A DNA stretch of 64,000 nucleotides from Spirochaetia bacterium (GCA_965226055.1 CBDDCA010000006.1:704001-768000), one strand, 5' to 3'; shown: positions 30,937-41,713, counted from the stretch's first letter. Notes: generated by a model not told the origin, from the letters alone. A program made the numbers and translations.

Positions 30937-32502
30937 ATGGGAAAGTTATGGGATAAGGGCTATACGTTAGACTCATCGGTAGAGTCATTTATTACAGGAA
31001 AAGATTATGTGTATGATACTTTGTTATTACCAGCAGATTGTGTAGCCAGTATTGCTCATGTATACACTTTGTTGCACGCAAGCGATACGCATGCTTGTAA
31101 TCTTTTAAGTAAGCACGAAGCTCATTTTTTAATAGATGGGCTAATTGAAGTATATAATCAGTCTCATGAAGGTGCTTTTTCTATTGCATCATCAATGGAA
31201 GATTGTCATACTGCCATTGAACAATATTTAGTTTCTCGAGAAACTGCAGCACCAATACACAAAGAGCAAACAAAAACAGATATGTCGGATATGCAGAAGT
31301 CTGATATGCAAAAGATGGCACAAAAATCATATGTCATAGCTGAAAAAATCCATACAGGAAGAAGTAGAAATGATCAAGTGCAGGCAGCATTGCGTTTATA
31401 TTATAAAGAATATATATTTATGCTCCAAGATGAAGTATCTCAACTTATTCGTATGATATATACACGGGCACTTGAGCATAAAATGGTAGCAATGCCAGGG
31501 AGAACCCATTTACAAAAAGCAATGCCTTCATCAGTGGGGATATGGTTTGCATCGTATGCTGAACAATTGCTGGATGATATGAAATTACTTGATACTGTTT
31601 TTGAACTTATTGATAGATCTCCACTTGGTTCTGCTGCAGGGTATGGTACTTCACTTCCTCTTGATCGTAGTTATACTGCAAAGCTACTAGGGTTTTCTCA
31701 GGCACAGAACAATGTTATTGCAGTACAAAATAGTCGAGGAAGATTAGAGCTTTCTCTGTTATTTGCATTACAACAAATTGCACTTACAATAAGTAGATTA
31801 GCAGAAGATGTTCTTTTGTTTTCTTTGCCTGAATTTGGATATTTTGCTTTGCCCGATTCACTGTGTAGTGGTTCTAGTATTATGCCTCAGAAAAAAAATC
31901 CTGATATTCTTGAGTTATTACGCTCAAAGGCAAGTTTCTTTACTGGAGCTGTGAGTAATATTTCATTGTTATTGAGTAGGCTTCCAAGTGGATATCAACG
32001 AGATTTGCAGGATACTAAAATGATAACTTTGCAAGGTTTGTACTATTGTCAAAGTATGTTACAGGTAAGTTCACAATTAGTCAAAGATATTGTGGTACAT
32101 AAGAATACTATAGAGGCAGCATGTACTTCTGAGTTGTATGCAACGGATAAGGCATATGAGCTTGTGTTACAAGGTATGCCGTTTCGCAGTGCATATAAAT
32201 ATATTGCTCAACAGTTAGCAACACAGCAAACAGAACAACAGCAATCAGATGAGCTTCCTGAAGCATATATTAAAAACAGATCTATGCTTGGTTCTGCAGG
32301 CAACCCTCATTTTGAATATATAACAGAAACACTAGATCTATTACAAAAAGGGAGAGACAAAGAGAAAGTACGGTTTTTTGATGCAATATCGGGCTTGTTT
32401 TCTTATGATGGAGAAAAAGCACAAGAGAAGCGAGGGCTAGAGCCTCTTGTATCACAAGTATCTGTTATTCCTAAAAAATTATTAGTGTCAGTAATACCAT
32501 AA
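30937..32502 (+). CDS. argH: Argininosuccinate lyase
   Basis: MGKLWDKG start, IHTGRSRNDQV, MPGRTHLQKA, SPLGSAAG, GSSIMPQKKNPD. Confidence 0.92.
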   Translation: MGKLWDKGYTLDSSVESFITGKDYVYDTLLLPADCVASIAHVYTLLHASDTHACNLLSKHEAHFLIDGLIEVYNQSHEGAFSIASSMEDCHTAIEQYLVSRETAAPIHKEQTKTDMSDMQKSDMQKMAQKSYVIAEKIHTGRSRNDQVQAALRLYYKEYIFMLQDEVSQLIRMIYTRALEHKMVAMPGRTHLQKAMPSSVGIWFASYAEQLLDDMKLLDTVFELIDRSPLGSAAGYGTSLPLDRSYTAKLLGFSQAQNNVIAVQNSRGRLELSLLFALQQIALTISRLAEDVLLFSLPEFGYFALPDSLCSGSSIMPQKKNPDILELLRSKASFFTGAVSNISLLLSRLPSGYQRDLQDTKMITLQGLYYCQSMLQVSSQLVKDIVVHKNTIEAACTSELYATDKAYELVLQGMPFRSAYKYIAQQLATQQTEQQQSDELPEAYIKNRSMLGSAGNPHFEYITETLDLLQKGRDKEKVRFFDAISGLFSYDGEKAQEKRGLEPLVSQVSVIPKKLLVSVIP

Positions 32503-32549
32503 TATGATGTATTATAGAAACAATATACTAGGGCAGTCTATAGTAAAGT

Positions 32550-34082
32550 ATGAGATATTTTATTTCGATAGATATTGGTACTAATTTCTTAAAAGCGACA
32601 GCGTTTTCTTTTTCACAAGGGCATCATAGAGATACAGAAACATCTCTTGCTATGTGTTCTCCCATTATTGTACAGTCCGCTGAGCAGGATGATGTACAGA
32701 GTATTCCTCGTATTGTCAGTATGGCACTTGTAAGGAGTATACAAAAAGTATTTGCTTCATTGCCATTACATCAAGATGATACCATTGATATTTGTATATC
32801 GGGAAATAGTCCGACCTTAGTATTTCTTAATAAAAAAAAGGAGGCTATATACTGTACCTCATGGTATAGTTCGCAATATATTCAGTTAGAGAATGAGCGT
32901 TCCTATTATCTTCCATATGTAATGGCAGTAAAAGAAAATAATAGAACAGTGTTTGATGAAACTCATTATATTGTTCCTCTTGCAGAATATGCAAGTTTTT
33001 TGTTATGTGGTACGCTTGCAACATTTGTTCCTCATATGGATTTTCTCCAATATTTATGGAGTACTGATAGTGTTGATACATATAATTTTTCTCGTGATAT
33101 GTTTCCACAAGCAGCTCTTTCTGGTTCGGTATTAGGAGCAGCTTGCAGTGATGCTATTGTGTCTCCTCTCACTCCTGTACTCTCCTCTTTGTTTTTGCAA
33201 AAAACTGATATAGCATTGACTTCCTTTTTTCTCCATCAGTGTAGGGTGTTATGTGGAGGCATAGATTACCTGAGTGCGCTTGTTGGATCTTCTACTGTAG
33301 AAGCAGGAGATATATGTATAAGAGGAGGTACTTCTACTGTTATGAATATATGTTTAGAGCAAGATGCTATGTCAGAGAATCTGTATAAGAAAGTGCCAGA
33401 TCACAGCACTTTTCCTGAATTTGTGCTTTCTCATCCTGTGCAGAATACCATAAACAAAGGTATTTCCATACCTTCTTTCACTACTTTATATCAACAGAGT
33501 AATGAAGCGCTGGAAATAATACAACATACTTCTACTCTGCAATCTTTGTTTTGGAAGCTATTTTTTGTTGTATACAAACAATGTGATATTACTAATTCAT
33601 TACATATGCATATGCGTAACAGTACCAGTCGAGATGACGCTAAGCATTATATTGATACTGTATTGAATTTTCTTGTGTCTACTCATACTACTATGCTTCA
33701 AGAGTATTTTTCTTCTTTTAATGCATCTGCTCATAGGAGTGTTATTGCTCTTTGTTATCTTTTCTATCTGATGAAAAAGGTATATGTACAATTAACTGAT
33801 ACACGTTCGGATTGCCATGTAAGAAAAATTGCAGTAAGTGGTGGGCAATGCAGTGCAAAAGGCTTTGCTCGTTTGTTGAGTGTGTTGTTTCAAAAAAATG
33901 TTATTGTTCATACAGTAGAATATTGTGAGTTAGTAGGAAATGTACTATTTGCTCTCGTGCAGGATACTCTTAATGAGAAGAGTATGGAAGCAAAAAATGG
34001 TGAGCATAGTAATATTGCTTCTGATATGCTTGTAGCGTATGCGAAACAGTTTTCTCAACCATCAGCTACCTTTGTTCCATAA
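32550..34082 (+). CDS. Divergent FGGY-family carbohydrate kinase
   Basis: IDIGTNFLKA, GGIDYLSALVG, RGGTS, VSGG. Confidence 0.65.
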   Translation: MRYFISIDIGTNFLKATAFSFSQGHHRDTETSLAMCSPIIVQSAEQDDVQSIPRIVSMALVRSIQKVFASLPLHQDDTIDICISGNSPTLVFLNKKKEAIYCTSWYSSQYIQLENERSYYLPYVMAVKENNRTVFDETHYIVPLAEYASFLLCGTLATFVPHMDFLQYLWSTDSVDTYNFSRDMFPQAALSGSVLGAACSDAIVSPLTPVLSSLFLQKTDIALTSFFLHQCRVLCGGIDYLSALVGSSTVEAGDICIRGGTSTVMNICLEQDAMSENLYKKVPDHSTFPEFVLSHPVQNTINKGISIPSFTTLYQQSNEALEIIQHTSTLQSLFWKLFFVVYKQCDITNSLHMHMRNSTSRDDAKHYIDTVLNFLVSTHTTMLQEYFSSFNASAHRSVIALCYLFYLMKKVYVQLTDTRSDCHVRKIAVSGGQCSAKGFARLLSVLFQKNVIVHTVEYCELVGNVLFALVQDTLNEKSMEAKNGEHSNIASDMLVAYAKQFSQPSATFVP

Positions 34083-34115
34083 AGAGCAGAGTACTGCTAA
34101 GCAGAGGCAATACCA

Positions 34116-34901
34116 CTAGAATGTAAAGTGTAGCTCCAATGTTTTTTGATTCATCATGTCCATAAGAAAATAATCAATATATTGAGTATCTTCTGCCATA
34201 CTTTTTTTCCAATTTTTATCAGGAAGTTTTCCAAACCCTTTTTCTTTTTTCATTTCAATTCTTGCATAGGATGATTGTAATTGTTCTTTTATGGTTTGTT
34301 CGTTTCCGTAATCGCTTAATGCCCATGCAAGGTAGCTTGCATAATCATTGTCTGCAAAAGGATTTTTATCAGGAAAAAAGTTTTGTACAATTGCCTTGTT
34401 TTTGCTGTATTTTGGAATACTTGAAATTATCTCAAATAAATCTTTTCGAGAAAATGTTACAGTAAACTCTTGCATATTAGTGGATATAATTTTTTTATCG
34501 TCAATTACTTCAAAATCTTGTAATGTTGCAATAATATTATTTGAATGTAAATTGATAATAATAGTTTTAATATCTTCTTTGTATTCAATATCCACTTGTG
34601 ATATAGCGTCAACAGAACGTAAGTATGTGCGTAAATCTTCTTCTGGAAACACTTCTTCTACTGTTGTTGCTCCAAGCAAATCAAATAGATATTGAGCAAA
34701 AAAATCTTCAATATAAATATTCATACTAATTTTTGCTGAATAAAATTTCTGTACATGTACGGTAACAAGAGAGCTACATGAAGCAAAAAGTAATATGAAT
34801 ATACAACACATAAGGGAGCTAAGTATTGTTTTTCTTGCTTTAGGAGAAGAATGCTGTTTGTTTATAGATGATACATAAGTATGCTTTTTATTTGTTTTCA
34901 T
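34116..34901 (-). CDS. Hypothetical lipoprotein
   Basis: Signal peptide with lipobox LFASC. Confidence 0.6.
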   Translation of the reverse strand: MKTNKKHTYVSSINKQHSSPKARKTILSSLMCCIFILLFASCSSLVTVHVQKFYSAKISMNIYIEDFFAQYLFDLLGATTVEEVFPEEDLRTYLRSVDAISQVDIEYKEDIKTIIINLHSNNIIATLQDFEVIDDKKIISTNMQEFTVTFSRKDLFEIISSIPKYSKNKAIVQNFFPDKNPFADNDYASYLAWALSDYGNEQTIKEQLQSSYARIEMKKEKGFGKLPDKNWKKSMAEDTQYIDYFLMDMMNQKTLELHFTF

Positions 34902-34927
34902 ACTATATTCCTTAAAAATTATACTCT

Positions 34928-35752
34928 TTATTGCTTTTTTTGTCTTTTACTTCTTCCTCTGTTCCAGATGGCTTGTTTTTGTGTAAGTTCTGCAATAGCG
35001 AGTTTTTTTTGTGCATCAGAAAGTGTATTTTTTTGTAATAATGCCATAAGTGCTTCTATTCTAAATTTTTCAATATAATTGTACTTATGTGATAGTTGTT
35101 TTTGTTGTCCAGAATATTTTACTATGCAAGGCTCATGCACATAGTGTACAGGTATATGGGCACAAATCCGTAGCCAATATTCATAATCTTCGGCTATTTC
35201 AAGTGTTTCATTAAACATTCCATATTGTTCTACTATAGATGCATGCATAAGTACTGTTGACGGACCAATAATGCATTTTTTTAATGAATCTTGAAATATA
35301 TTTCCGTCTCGGGCATACTGTTGTTTTTTCTGACTTACTATGGTTTCGTTTCTTTGCCAAATTTCTTTTGTATGACAAAAAAGACAGAGGGGGCTATGAG
35401 AGGACAAAGAGGTATTGTTTTGTTGAACATTGCTTATTGTGTTTACTTGCATTTCTAATTTATGAGGAAGCCAGTAATCATCAGAATCAAGGAATGCAAG
35501 CCAGCTATGTGTTGCTATTTCTATTCCTCTGTTTCGTACTGCCCCTGGCATACCACAATGCTGTATACGCTTTCTTACTATAGTAATAGTATCATAACGT
35601 AATGTTTGTATGAGCTCCCATGTACCATCATCTGATCCATCATCAATGATAATAAGCTCTTTTGCAGGATATGTTTGATCAACAACACTTTCTATCGCTT
35701 TTTTTATATATTGTTTGCGATTCCATACTGGTATTATGACTGAAATATCCAT
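34928..35752 (-). CDS. Glycosyltransferase family 2 protein
   Basis: ISVIIPVWNR, IIDDGSDDGT, RNRG, AFLDSDD, EDYEYWLR. Confidence 0.9.
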   Translation of the reverse strand: MDISVIIPVWNRKQYIKKAIESVVDQTYPAKELIIIDDGSDDGTWELIQTLRYDTITIVRKRIQHCGMPGAVRNRGIEIATHSWLAFLDSDDYWLPHKLEMQVNTISNVQQNNTSLSSHSPLCLFCHTKEIWQRNETIVSQKKQQYARDGNIFQDSLKKCIIGPSTVLMHASIVEQYGMFNETLEIAEDYEYWLRICAHIPVHYVHEPCIVKYSGQQKQLSHKYNYIEKFRIEALMALLQKNTLSDAQKKLAIAELTQKQAIWNRGRSKRQKKQ

Positions 35753-35810
35753 TATTATTATATTGTAGATAATTTTCCTTATGTTTGTGTATATCCCCTA
35801 TACTGATTAT

Positions 35811-36716
35811 ATGCAATATATTATTCATTTTATGAAAGGAATAGTACTTGGTATTACGGCAATAACTCCAGGTATTAGTTTTGGCACTATGGCATTATTA
35901 CTAAATGTGTATGAACGAGCAATAACATTGTTTACTCATTTTTTTTCTGTTTCATTTTGGAAAGATGCGTCAAGACGAAAGGAGATTGTAGTATTTCTTG
36001 TTCCTCTGCTGATAGGGGGAGCGGTATCGGTATATGTAGGCTCCTCTATTTTGTTATTGTTTTTTGTATCGTATACAGTGTTTATACAAATGTTTTTTAT
36101 AGGTATTATAACTGCAAGTATTCCTTATTTTTATATACAATATATCCACCCTCAGTTTAAGAGATATGTATCTATCATTGCAAACAAAAATGGCATGTAT
36201 ATTCTGTGGATAATCTTTGGGTATCTTTTGGTGATACTGCTTGGTTCACGCCAAGAAAGTAGAGAAGCTGTGACAGTAAGTATTCCTTCGTCTTTAAGCG
36301 AATATATCATATGCTTTATAATTGGAGTATGTGTTGCTGGAGTAGGCCTTATGCCAGGCATAAGTGGATCTTATGTGTTGCTTCTTATCGGCTATTACAG
36401 TACATTTCTTGCTATTGTAAGTTCTGTTGCCCTTGTGCCTCTTATATGGCTTATGAGTGGTGTAGTGGTAGGGCTGGTGTCTACTGCTTTTTTAGTGCGA
36501 TTTTTATTTAGTCGTTATCCACAAGTGAGCTACTGTGTTATTTTTGGAGTAATTGTGGCTTCGTTACAAACGCTCTTTCCTTGGCAAGGGTTATTTGAGA
36601 GCAATGCACCTACTATATCTTTATGGCTTGGATCTATAGGGGCATGTGGGCTTGGAGTACTAGTAACAATATGTAGTATGAAAGTGAGTAAAAGTACAGT
36701 GAGTAAAGGGGTATAG
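35811..36716 (+). CDS. DUF368 family membrane protein (putative undecaprenyl-phosphate translocase)
   Basis: Duplicated PGISFGT / PGISGS motifs and many TM helices. Confidence 0.85.
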   Translation: MQYIIHFMKGIVLGITAITPGISFGTMALLLNVYERAITLFTHFFSVSFWKDASRRKEIVVFLVPLLIGGAVSVYVGSSILLLFFVSYTVFIQMFFIGIITASIPYFYIQYIHPQFKRYVSIIANKNGMYILWIIFGYLLVILLGSRQESREAVTVSIPSSLSEYIICFIIGVCVAGVGLMPGISGSYVLLLIGYYSTFLAIVSSVALVPLIWLMSGVVVGLVSTAFLVRFLFSRYPQVSYCVIFGVIVASLQTLFPWQGLFESNAPTISLWLGSIGACGLGVLVTICSMKVSKSTVSKGV

Positions 36717-36773
36717 AAATAGCACAGTATTTATATGAGTTAAGAATGGAAGCAAAACAATATGTATGTATTC

Positions 36774-37907
36774 TTATTCTGAAACAAGCGTTTCTTCTGT
36801 TTCATTATCAAATACATGAATTTTATCCAGAACAAGCTCAAAATGAATGACTTCGTTTACTGCTATATCAATGTTGCGATCAAGTTTTATAACATAAAAA
36901 TCTTCACTTCCTTCTGATTCTTGTGTTTTGTCTGATACTTCATGAGGAACATACACATATGTTTCTGCTCCTAGATTTTCAACGACTTCCACTTTTCCAG
37001 TAAGAAAATTTTTAGGATTCTTTTTATTTGATTTAGAGAAATTTTCGGGACGAATACCCATAGTTACATCTTTTCCATCATAGTCTAAGAGTTTGGCAAA
37101 ACGAGGCCCCGAAATTTCTATATTGGTATATTCGTTACTGAGTATAATGTCTTTTCCTTTGATAGACACTTTCATATCAAATAAATTCATGGGAGGGGAT
37201 CCAATAAACCCTGCTACAAACTTATTTTTTGGTTTATCATATAAATCAAGCGGAGAACCTACTTGCTGTATGAGACCATCTTTCATAATAATAATTTTGT
37301 CTCCCAAAGTCATAGCTTCAATTTGATCGTGGGTAACATAAATCATAGTAGTACCAAGCCGATGATGAAGTGCTGCAAGTTCTGCTCGCATATGTCCACG
37401 TAATTTAGCATCTAAGTTGGACAATGGTTCATCGAAAAGGAAAACTTTTGGGTTTCGCACAATGGCTCGTCCAAGTGCTACACGTTGCCGTTGTCCTCCT
37501 GATAGCTGTTTTGGTTTTCTATCCAGCAATGTTTCAAGTTTGAGAATTTTTGATGCTTGTTCTACCCGCTCTTTGATTTTATCTTTTGGTATCTTTCGTA
37601 ACTTGAGTCCAAACGCCATGTTTTCAAACACAGTCATATGAGGATACAAAGCATAATTCTGAAACACCATTGCTATGTCTCTATCTTTTGGAGGGACATC
37701 ATTGACTTTTTTGTCATCAATGAGGAGATCTCCTCCTGATATTTCTTCGAGACCTGCTATCATTCTGAGGGTGGTTGTTTTTCCACAACCAGAAGGACCT
37801 AATAACACAACGAATTCTTTGTTATCGATCTCAACATTAAAATTATCCACAGCTTGAAAGCCGTTATCATACACTTTTGTTATATTCTTTAAGGTTACAG
37901 TAGCCAT
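36774..37907 (-). CDS. Carbohydrate ABC transporter ATP-binding protein (MsmX/UgpC/MalK family)
   Basis: GPSGCGKT, VFQNYALYPHMTV, LSGGQRQRVALGRA, FDEPLSNLDAKLR; start MATVTL at 37907. Confidence 0.93.
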   Translation of the reverse strand: MATVTLKNITKVYDNGFQAVDNFNVEIDNKEFVVLLGPSGCGKTTTLRMIAGLEEISGGDLLIDDKKVNDVPPKDRDIAMVFQNYALYPHMTVFENMAFGLKLRKIPKDKIKERVEQASKILKLETLLDRKPKQLSGGQRQRVALGRAIVRNPKVFLFDEPLSNLDAKLRGHMRAELAALHHRLGTTMIYVTHDQIEAMTLGDKIIIMKDGLIQQVGSPLDLYDKPKNKFVAGFIGSPPMNLFDMKVSIKGKDIILSNEYTNIEISGPRFAKLLDYDGKDVTMGIRPENFSKSNKKNPKNFLTGKVEVVENLGAETYVYVPHEVSDKTQESEGSEDFYVIKLDRNIDIAVNEVIHFELVLDKIHVFDNETEETLVSE

Positions 37908-38047
37908 ATATATATTATACCATATTTTTTTATTTTTGTGTAATAAATACTTAAATTTATTAATAAGTGGTGAGTAATAAGTGATACATAAGAAAAACAA
38001 TATTATCAGCTACATAGTTGCTGTTATATGCTGTATAGCAGGTAATT

Positions 38048-38707
38048 TCATTCTTCATCAATTACAAAATTACTACCACTATAGTATTTTATTGCTGCTT
38101 TCTTAAATTGTGTCATTGTAACATAATTGAATGTTCCTGCAACTATAGCACCTACTCCAAATGGAATTAGTTTTCCAAGTGCAATGCCACCTCTTTTTGT
38201 ACCATATTTGGTAAAAATAGTTGTTCCAACTTTCTGATTTATTTTTGCCAATACCTTTCCTGATACTCTTTTATTAAATTGGACAACTGCAACTCTTGTC
38301 CCTATTCTCTTTGTTGCCTGTTTAGCTATTCTGATCACACCGCACCAAACACCAAGCACTTTAACAAATTCTTGGTTGAATTCATCTCTAATGTTTTTTC
38401 CATATATCAATGCAATGCCATAACTAATTGCAGCCATCCATCGTAGCAGTAACAAGGCATCTCCACTGATTGCACCAACTTCAAATCCTACTTGAACTGC
38501 AGTCCCGACTCCAGGAATTATACTTGGCAAAGCAGATGCCACTCCGATTGATGTGTATTTCCTTCTAATTCTATTAGCAAATATATCAGCTAATTCAGAT
38601 TTATTTGAAGATTTATTGTCTTTTTTAATTTCCATAATTTCTTGTTCTAAAGAATCAAAGGATGGTGCTATTTTATTAACAATAGTTAAAAAAGTACTTT
38701 CTCCCAT
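38048..38707 (-). CDS. EcsC-like family protein
   Basis: SALPSIIPGVG, IALIYG, GKLIPFGVGAIVAGTFN pattern; AGGAG RBS. Confidence 0.6.
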   Translation of the reverse strand: MGESTFLTIVNKIAPSFDSLEQEIMEIKKDNKSSNKSELADIFANRIRRKYTSIGVASALPSIIPGVGTAVQVGFEVGAISGDALLLLRWMAAISYGIALIYGKNIRDEFNQEFVKVLGVWCGVIRIAKQATKRIGTRVAVVQFNKRVSGKVLAKINQKVGTTIFTKYGTKRGGIALGKLIPFGVGAIVAGTFNYVTMTQFKKAAIKYYSGSNFVIDEE

Positions 38708-38761
38708 TACTTCTCCTTTTTTGCGATTTATTATTAAATTCGCAAATGTTTTATATATATA

Positions 38762-38799
<38 letters not shown>

Positions 38800-38819
38800 G
38801 CAAGTAGTGGTAGACTTAG

Positions 38820-38850
38820 TCCACGAGTTCAAGTATTAAATGCAACAAAG
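38820..38850 (+). mobile_element. Solo IS30-like terminal inverted repeat
   Basis: 30/31 nt identical to 27633-27663. Confidence 0.55.
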
Positions 38851-38894
38851 AAACAGTGTATTAAGGGCTATTATTATCCCTGTAAACTACTACA

Positions 38895-40289
38895 TTACGA
38901 AGAAACATCAAAGATATATGCAGCAAAATAGGGGCTATTTTGCAAGGTAGTGTATATTTCTTTTAGTAATTCTTTATGCATGGTAATGGTTGTATCAACA
39001 TCTATATTAAATAGCTCTTGTAATACCGTCTGTACATAGTTGAATGTAAGCATGTTGGCTATGTGTTTTTTGTGTGTATGAGCATGTTGTTGTAGTGCTT
39101 GAAGGGCATTTTCTAGCAGTATAGTAGTAAGTTTTGCCTGTGGGTATGCAGCAAAGAAATCAGGAGAAAAAGTATTTTTTTTAAAGGAGAACATATAGTG
39201 CATATGCTCTGTGAGTGTTTGTTCAAAAAACAAAAGAAGGGAGAATTGTTTTTGTTGTATTGAGAGGGAGCTGTTTTGATTATAGAGAGTATCCTTTGTG
39301 TAATCTGTATGTACAAAGCTGAGGCAATGGGTACGATGAGGAGCATGCAGGAGCTGTGAGTGTAGTTGTTTGTATTCGTAAAATGCTCCGCCATATTCTA
39401 ATAGCAACAGTAAGCTATAGATATACTGTGTTTCTTTTATAGGAGCATTGCATAGAAATGATTGCTCCTGCGATGATATGAGTGATTGTGCAAGTGTATG
39501 CAGTGATTGATGAGTGTGGGTACATATTTCAGCTGTTATGCTAGTATGTGTTGTATTGTGCAGATCTTTGTGTTTGTGTGGAATAATGCTATGTATGATA
39601 GGAGGAATTGCAGTTGTATTGTGTTTTTTTTTGTTGTTATTCCTTTCTGTGTTTGTGCTGGAGTCTTGTGTTGTATAGGACGGTGCTATGTGTAAATATC
39701 CTGATGTAGACAGAGAAGGATGCGATGAAAAGGAAAAGTTTTGGAGTCGGGGAGCTTTGTGTTGTATTTTCATGCGTTCTTGAGAAGTATAAATAGCATG
39801 GTGCATATTGTATGCTGTATAATATGTCAGTATTGTATTGAGCTGTGTATTCCAATGACAGTCAAGAAAATAGGCATTAAATACGCATCGTTGCAATGCT
39901 ACCAATGCAAGTGAAGAACAGCAGAGTAAGGTATCGTACTTTTCTCCACTATAGGTTTGTTGAAAGTGATATTTTTCACTGGGAGCAGCACTATCTGTAC
40001 GTGAGGGAATAAAAATAAAATCACTATCATCAGGAATGTATATGTTTTTATTGAGACACATTACTGCCTCTGAAACATGGGTTACGAAAATAAATGGCAT
40101 ACAATGTTTTCTTTGTGCCGTTACAAATGCATCAATAATAGTACTCATTGTAATATACATTGTTTTTGCTTTGCTAATGCTAGCAAGGGGAGCTATTACA
40201 TGTAAATGTTTTAATGGGCTATCATTGTTTTGTTTGTGTGTTGTATGAGAATCAATAGTATATTTAGGAACTGTGGAATGTACTTTCAT
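38895..40289 (-). CDS. Hypothetical His/Thr/Gln-rich protein
   Basis: Long ORF (track to 40484); ATG 40289 follows an AGGA RBS-like site; no recognisable motif. Confidence 0.45.
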   Translation of the reverse strand: MKVHSTVPKYTIDSHTTHKQNNDSPLKHLHVIAPLASISKAKTMYITMSTIIDAFVTAQRKHCMPFIFVTHVSEAVMCLNKNIYIPDDSDFIFIPSRTDSAAPSEKYHFQQTYSGEKYDTLLCCSSLALVALQRCVFNAYFLDCHWNTQLNTILTYYTAYNMHHAIYTSQERMKIQHKAPRLQNFSFSSHPSLSTSGYLHIAPSYTTQDSSTNTERNNNKKKHNTTAIPPIIHSIIPHKHKDLHNTTHTSITAEICTHTHQSLHTLAQSLISSQEQSFLCNAPIKETQYIYSLLLLLEYGGAFYEYKQLHSQLLHAPHRTHCLSFVHTDYTKDTLYNQNSSLSIQQKQFSLLLFFEQTLTEHMHYMFSFKKNTFSPDFFAAYPQAKLTTILLENALQALQQHAHTHKKHIANMLTFNYVQTVLQELFNIDVDTTITMHKELLKEIYTTLQNSPYFAAYIFDVSS

Positions 40290-40478
40290 AATATTCCTGC
40301 TTATCTTTTTATTATACTGTGTAATGTTATAATAATTATATGAAAGATTATATATGAGATTATCATATTTATTATTCTTATTATTTTTATGAGTGGATGT
40401 GTAACTAATGGTGAGATGTATGTAAAAAGAAAGTATATCCCTAAAAAATAAAGCAAACTGTTTATCCGTGAGACAGAT

Positions 40479-40790
40479 TTGCACCTATTCAATGGAGATG
40501 TATCGCAATGGGATGTAAGCAATGTTACAGATATGGGAGCGACTGCCTTTAATGGGGATATATCAAACTGGAATGTAACGAAAGAGGTTAGGTATATTTC
40601 TATTTATGATATATTTGTAAATGCTAGTAATTTTAATCAAGATTTATCATCATGGATATTGTGTCAAGCGTCATGGGATTCTTCATATGTAACTGATTCG
40701 GCTATAAAAGGAATAACAACATACTACCCAACAATAATGAGTAATACTAATCCAGCATGTGTAATGTACAGAATATACAATTTGCTGTAA
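40479..40790 (+). pseudogene. BspA/DUF285 repeat surface-protein fragment
   Basis: FNGDVSQWDVSNVTDM, FNGDISNWNV, FNQDLSSW repeats with internal deletions; no signal peptide or RBS. Confidence 0.65.
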
Positions 40791-40871
40791 AGACACACAC
40801 CTATAGCAAGAAAGGATGTGTTCTTTCTTGCTATAGAAACTCAATCATACAGCTAACTACACTTTTGTCTT

Positions 40872-41648
40872 CTATGGAGTACTGGAGCAATGCTTTGTTA
40901 CCGTATCAACGGATGGAGTCAGCTTTTGCGAAAATAGTGCATGTAAGGTAATTTTGGAGCTTTCTTCTAATCCACCGACACGACTATCTTGATATATAAG
41001 TGGTTCTTTGAGAGCATAAATATTGTATGCGCTTTGTGTTCGTGCTAATATTACATCATAGTTAAGTTTTTGATGTATACTTTCAAGTATTGCATTGCTA
41101 TGAAATACACAAGCTCTTAGACTACAAAATAGCATACCGTGGGTACTGAGCATATGGTGAATACGAACAATGGGCATGTAAGGATGATTACTAATTTCGT
41201 AGCCAAAATTCTTAAAGACATAGTAGGGAGGATGTTCTATTGTTGAAGCCTTTGAAATACCAATGTAGAGCATGTCAGTATCATCAGGAACACTGAGGGT
41301 TTTAGGAAATTCGCGGTATTTTGATACATCATCCTCAATGAGTGCAAAGGGTTGAAATGGTTTTTTTCTGTCTTGCTTTCTTAATGCCATATCAATTATT
41401 CGTAGTTGGGCGAAAGCACCAGAAGTTATTTTTTCTTCAGAAGGATGTTGTTGTTGTAAGGGCTTAGGAGTAGGAGCATGTACTCTTATGAGTGGCACAT
41501 CAGTAAACTCTGTTTCTATATGGGTATGTCGATGTTTGTTATGCAATGTACTTTGATAATAAAATGGGGTATGTAATAGACTAATGTTCACTAAAATTAG
41601 TATACCATAAGTATATATGCCTCTTTTTTTCTCTTTGTGTATATACAT
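40872..41648 (-). CDS. GT25-like (GT-A fold) glycosyltransferase-related protein
   Basis: FALIEDD, DMLYIG, MLSTHG, PLIYQD motifs. Confidence 0.45.
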   Translation of the reverse strand: MYIHKEKKRGIYTYGILILVNISLLHTPFYYQSTLHNKHRHTHIETEFTDVPLIRVHAPTPKPLQQQHPSEEKITSGAFAQLRIIDMALRKQDRKKPFQPFALIEDDVSKYREFPKTLSVPDDTDMLYIGISKASTIEHPPYYVFKNFGYEISNHPYMPIVRIHHMLSTHGMLFCSLRACVFHSNAILESIHQKLNYDVILARTQSAYNIYALKEPLIYQDSRVGGLEESSKITLHALFSQKLTPSVDTVTKHCSSTP

Positions 41649-41713
41649 TATGCAGGGCTATCATGTACAATAAGAGTATATATTCTGTGCTAGAGTAATA
41701 GTAAGGAAGGTTT

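Noticed and set aside
36515-37851. Two perfect TTATCCACA boxes
   Set aside because: Isolated, inside coding sequences and 1.3 kb apart; compatible with chance.
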